A stretch of 47,810 bases of DNA from NCBI GenBank assembly GCA_037442485.1, contig JBBIQE010000007.1, positions 1 to 47,810 of the forward strand. Reading direction: 5' to 3'. Position 1 is the stretch's first letter, and each line of letters opens with the position of its first letter. The notes below the pieces were generated by a model. That model had not been told where the DNA came from, searched no databases, and was given only the letters and a program-made list of their open reading frames with translations. Shown here one piece after another: positions 46,511 through 47,810 of the stretch. This stretch comes from Candidatus Methylomirabilis sp. Lineage in GTDB: Bacteria > Methylomirabilota > Methylomirabilia > Methylomirabilales > 2-02-FULL-66-22. The position numbers were made by a program, and so were the translations under genes.

Positions 46511-46634
46511 AATTTCGAATGACGAACAGCCGAATTGCGAATTTCCAACGAGAGAGGTCGCGGCGTCCCCTTTCATTCCCTGTTCGCCCTTCGCTGTTTT
46601 CCATCCGATATTCGAACTGTCGCAATCGAAATTC
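46511..46634. repeat. Inverted degenerate heptamer arrays
   Basis: aatttcg/aatgacg/aacagccg/aattgcg/aatttcc, then cctgttc/gcccttc/gctgttt/tccatcc/gatattc...gaaattc; markedly AT-richer than the flanks. Confidence 0.65.
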
Positions 46635-46670
46635 CGCCGTGGCCAACCCGTGGTCCATCCTCGCCCACAC

Positions 46671-47273
46671 ATGATCAGGCCCGAGATCATCCTGGCCTCG
46701 GCCTCCCCCCGCCGGGCGGCGCTCTTGGCGCAGATCGGCCTGCGCTTCCGCGTCGTCCCCAGCGCCCTGGACGAGAACGGCGGCGCACCGCTCGCCGGCG
46801 AGCCGCCGGAGACGCGGGCGGGCCGGTTGGCCCAGGCCAAGGCGGAGGATGTGGCCGAGCGGCTCGGGCGGGGCCTCGTCATCGGGGCGGACACCATCGT
46901 CGCGTGTGGTGGCGTGGCCTTCGGCAAGCCGCGCGATGCGGAGGAGGCGCGGAGGACTTTGCTACATCTGGCCGGCCGGAGCCACCAGGTCGTGACGGGA
47001 GTCGCCGTGGTGGAGGCAGGGACGGGACGGACCGAGGTGGCCGTGGCCGTGACGCGGGTCCGGATGCGCGCCTTCGATGCGGCCGAGGCGGACGCCTACG
47101 TCGCCACCGGCGAGCCGCTGGACAAGGCGGGGGCCTACGGGATCCAGGGCCGGGGGGCGCTCCTGGTCGAGGGGATCGAGGGCGATTACTCCAACGTGGT
47201 CGGCCTCCCCCTGCCCACGCTGGCCATGCTCCTCCGGCGCTTCGGTGTGAATGTATGGGAGCCCGCCGTGTGA
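46671..47273 (+). CDS. maf: Maf-family nucleoside triphosphate pyrophosphatase (YhdE type)
   Basis: IILASASPRR, IGADTIV, GKP, DKAGAYGIQG and NVVGLP. Confidence 0.95.
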   Translation: MIRPEIILASASPRRAALLAQIGLRFRVVPSALDENGGAPLAGEPPETRAGRLAQAKAEDVAERLGRGLVIGADTIVACGGVAFGKPRDAEEARRTLLHLAGRSHQVVTGVAVVEAGTGRTEVAVAVTRVRMRAFDAAEADAYVATGEPLDKAGAYGIQGRGALLVEGIEGDYSNVVGLPLPTLAMLLRRFGVNVWEPAV

Positions 47274-47581
47274 CTGTGCCCGGTCGCGGCCAACGGACCC
47301 ATCCCGGCAGATTCCGATCCAGGTCGCCTCACGACGATCCCGTCCATCCCCCTGGCCAGCGCCCGCGCCGCGACGGCTCCGACGGACCCGCGGGGCTGAA
47401 GCGTCATCGAGCCGTTCGGCCGAGGCCCGCGCCAAGCCCTCGGGCGAGACGCTCGCGGCGAAGCCCTGTCCAGGATCGCCCGATCCCCGATCGGGTGATC
47501 CTCCCGCTGGGGCCGAGGGGCCAGGCTGTCCCGCCCGGCATGCCGCTCCCCCCGGACCCGGACGGGACCCCGAAATTCCGC

Positions 47582-47610
47582 TTGACCCGCCACTGCCCTG
47601 GTAGTAGCGT
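47582..47610 (+). promoter_or_regulatory. Candidate sigma70 promoter for the next gene
   Basis: TTGACC-N17-TAGCGT. Confidence 0.45.
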
Positions 47611-47781
47611 CCTCGTCAACCTCGGCCTGCGGGTGTGTGCTGTCCCCGGTCGGGCGTCCAGGCCGCCAGGAATTCTCCCCGGGTGACCGCTGCCGGCCGG
47701 CCCCGTTTTCGACGGTCCTAGAGCGTCGCTGTGACACGCCGAGGGGATTTCCGGAAGACAGGAACACACAAGGAGGGAGCC

Positions 47782-47810
47782 ATGAGGCGAGGAGTGTGCG
47801 GAATCGTCCC
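47782..47810 (+). CDS. Start of an unidentified CDS running off the window
   Basis: AAGGAGG RBS, then ATG AGG CGA GGA GTG TGC GGA ATC GTC (MRRGVCGIV). Confidence 0.55.

Noticed and set aside
47274-47781. ncRNA, riboswitch or pseudogene after maf
   Set aside because: No tRNA, riboswitch or protein motif recognised by eye; the shared CCTCGTCAACC with the glyA leader may be chance. An Rfam or BLASTX search would be needed.

Overview
A GC-rich bacterial chromosomal window. The lineage cannot be proven from sequence alone, but gene order and style suggest an environmental anaerobe or microaerophile such as Methylomirabilota (NC10/Rokubacteria) or a deltaproteobacterial relative. From left to right: (1) a minus-strand TAXI-TRAP transporter operon running into mutT and mutY; (2) a divergent tandem pair of exported TlpA/ResA-type thioredoxin-fold proteins; (3) a PIN-toxin remnant; (4) a group 3d NAD-linked [NiFe]-hydrogenase operon, hoxFUYH-hoxW, followed by a stand-alone receiver and a membrane GAF histidine kinase; (5) glyA-nrdR; (6) a tetrapyrrole operon (sirC/met8-like, hemX/ccsA-like, hemA, hemC, cobA-hemD); (7) a ~25 kb ABC-transporter-dependent surface-glycan cluster with a candidate sigma54 promoter; (8) DUF4321-maf. 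In the redoxin pair, the first gene is split in the ORF track by an in-frame TGA exactly at the attacking residue of the CxxC motif. It is followed by a bacterial SECIS-like hairpin, which marks a selenoprotein (UxxC), and the neighbouring Cys paralog keeps the same hairpin. The window also carries several families of tiny palindromic elements, some inserted in frame in asnB and hemC, and inverted arrays of degenerate 7-8-mers in intergenic spacers. All calls come from motif recognition by eye; no searches were run.
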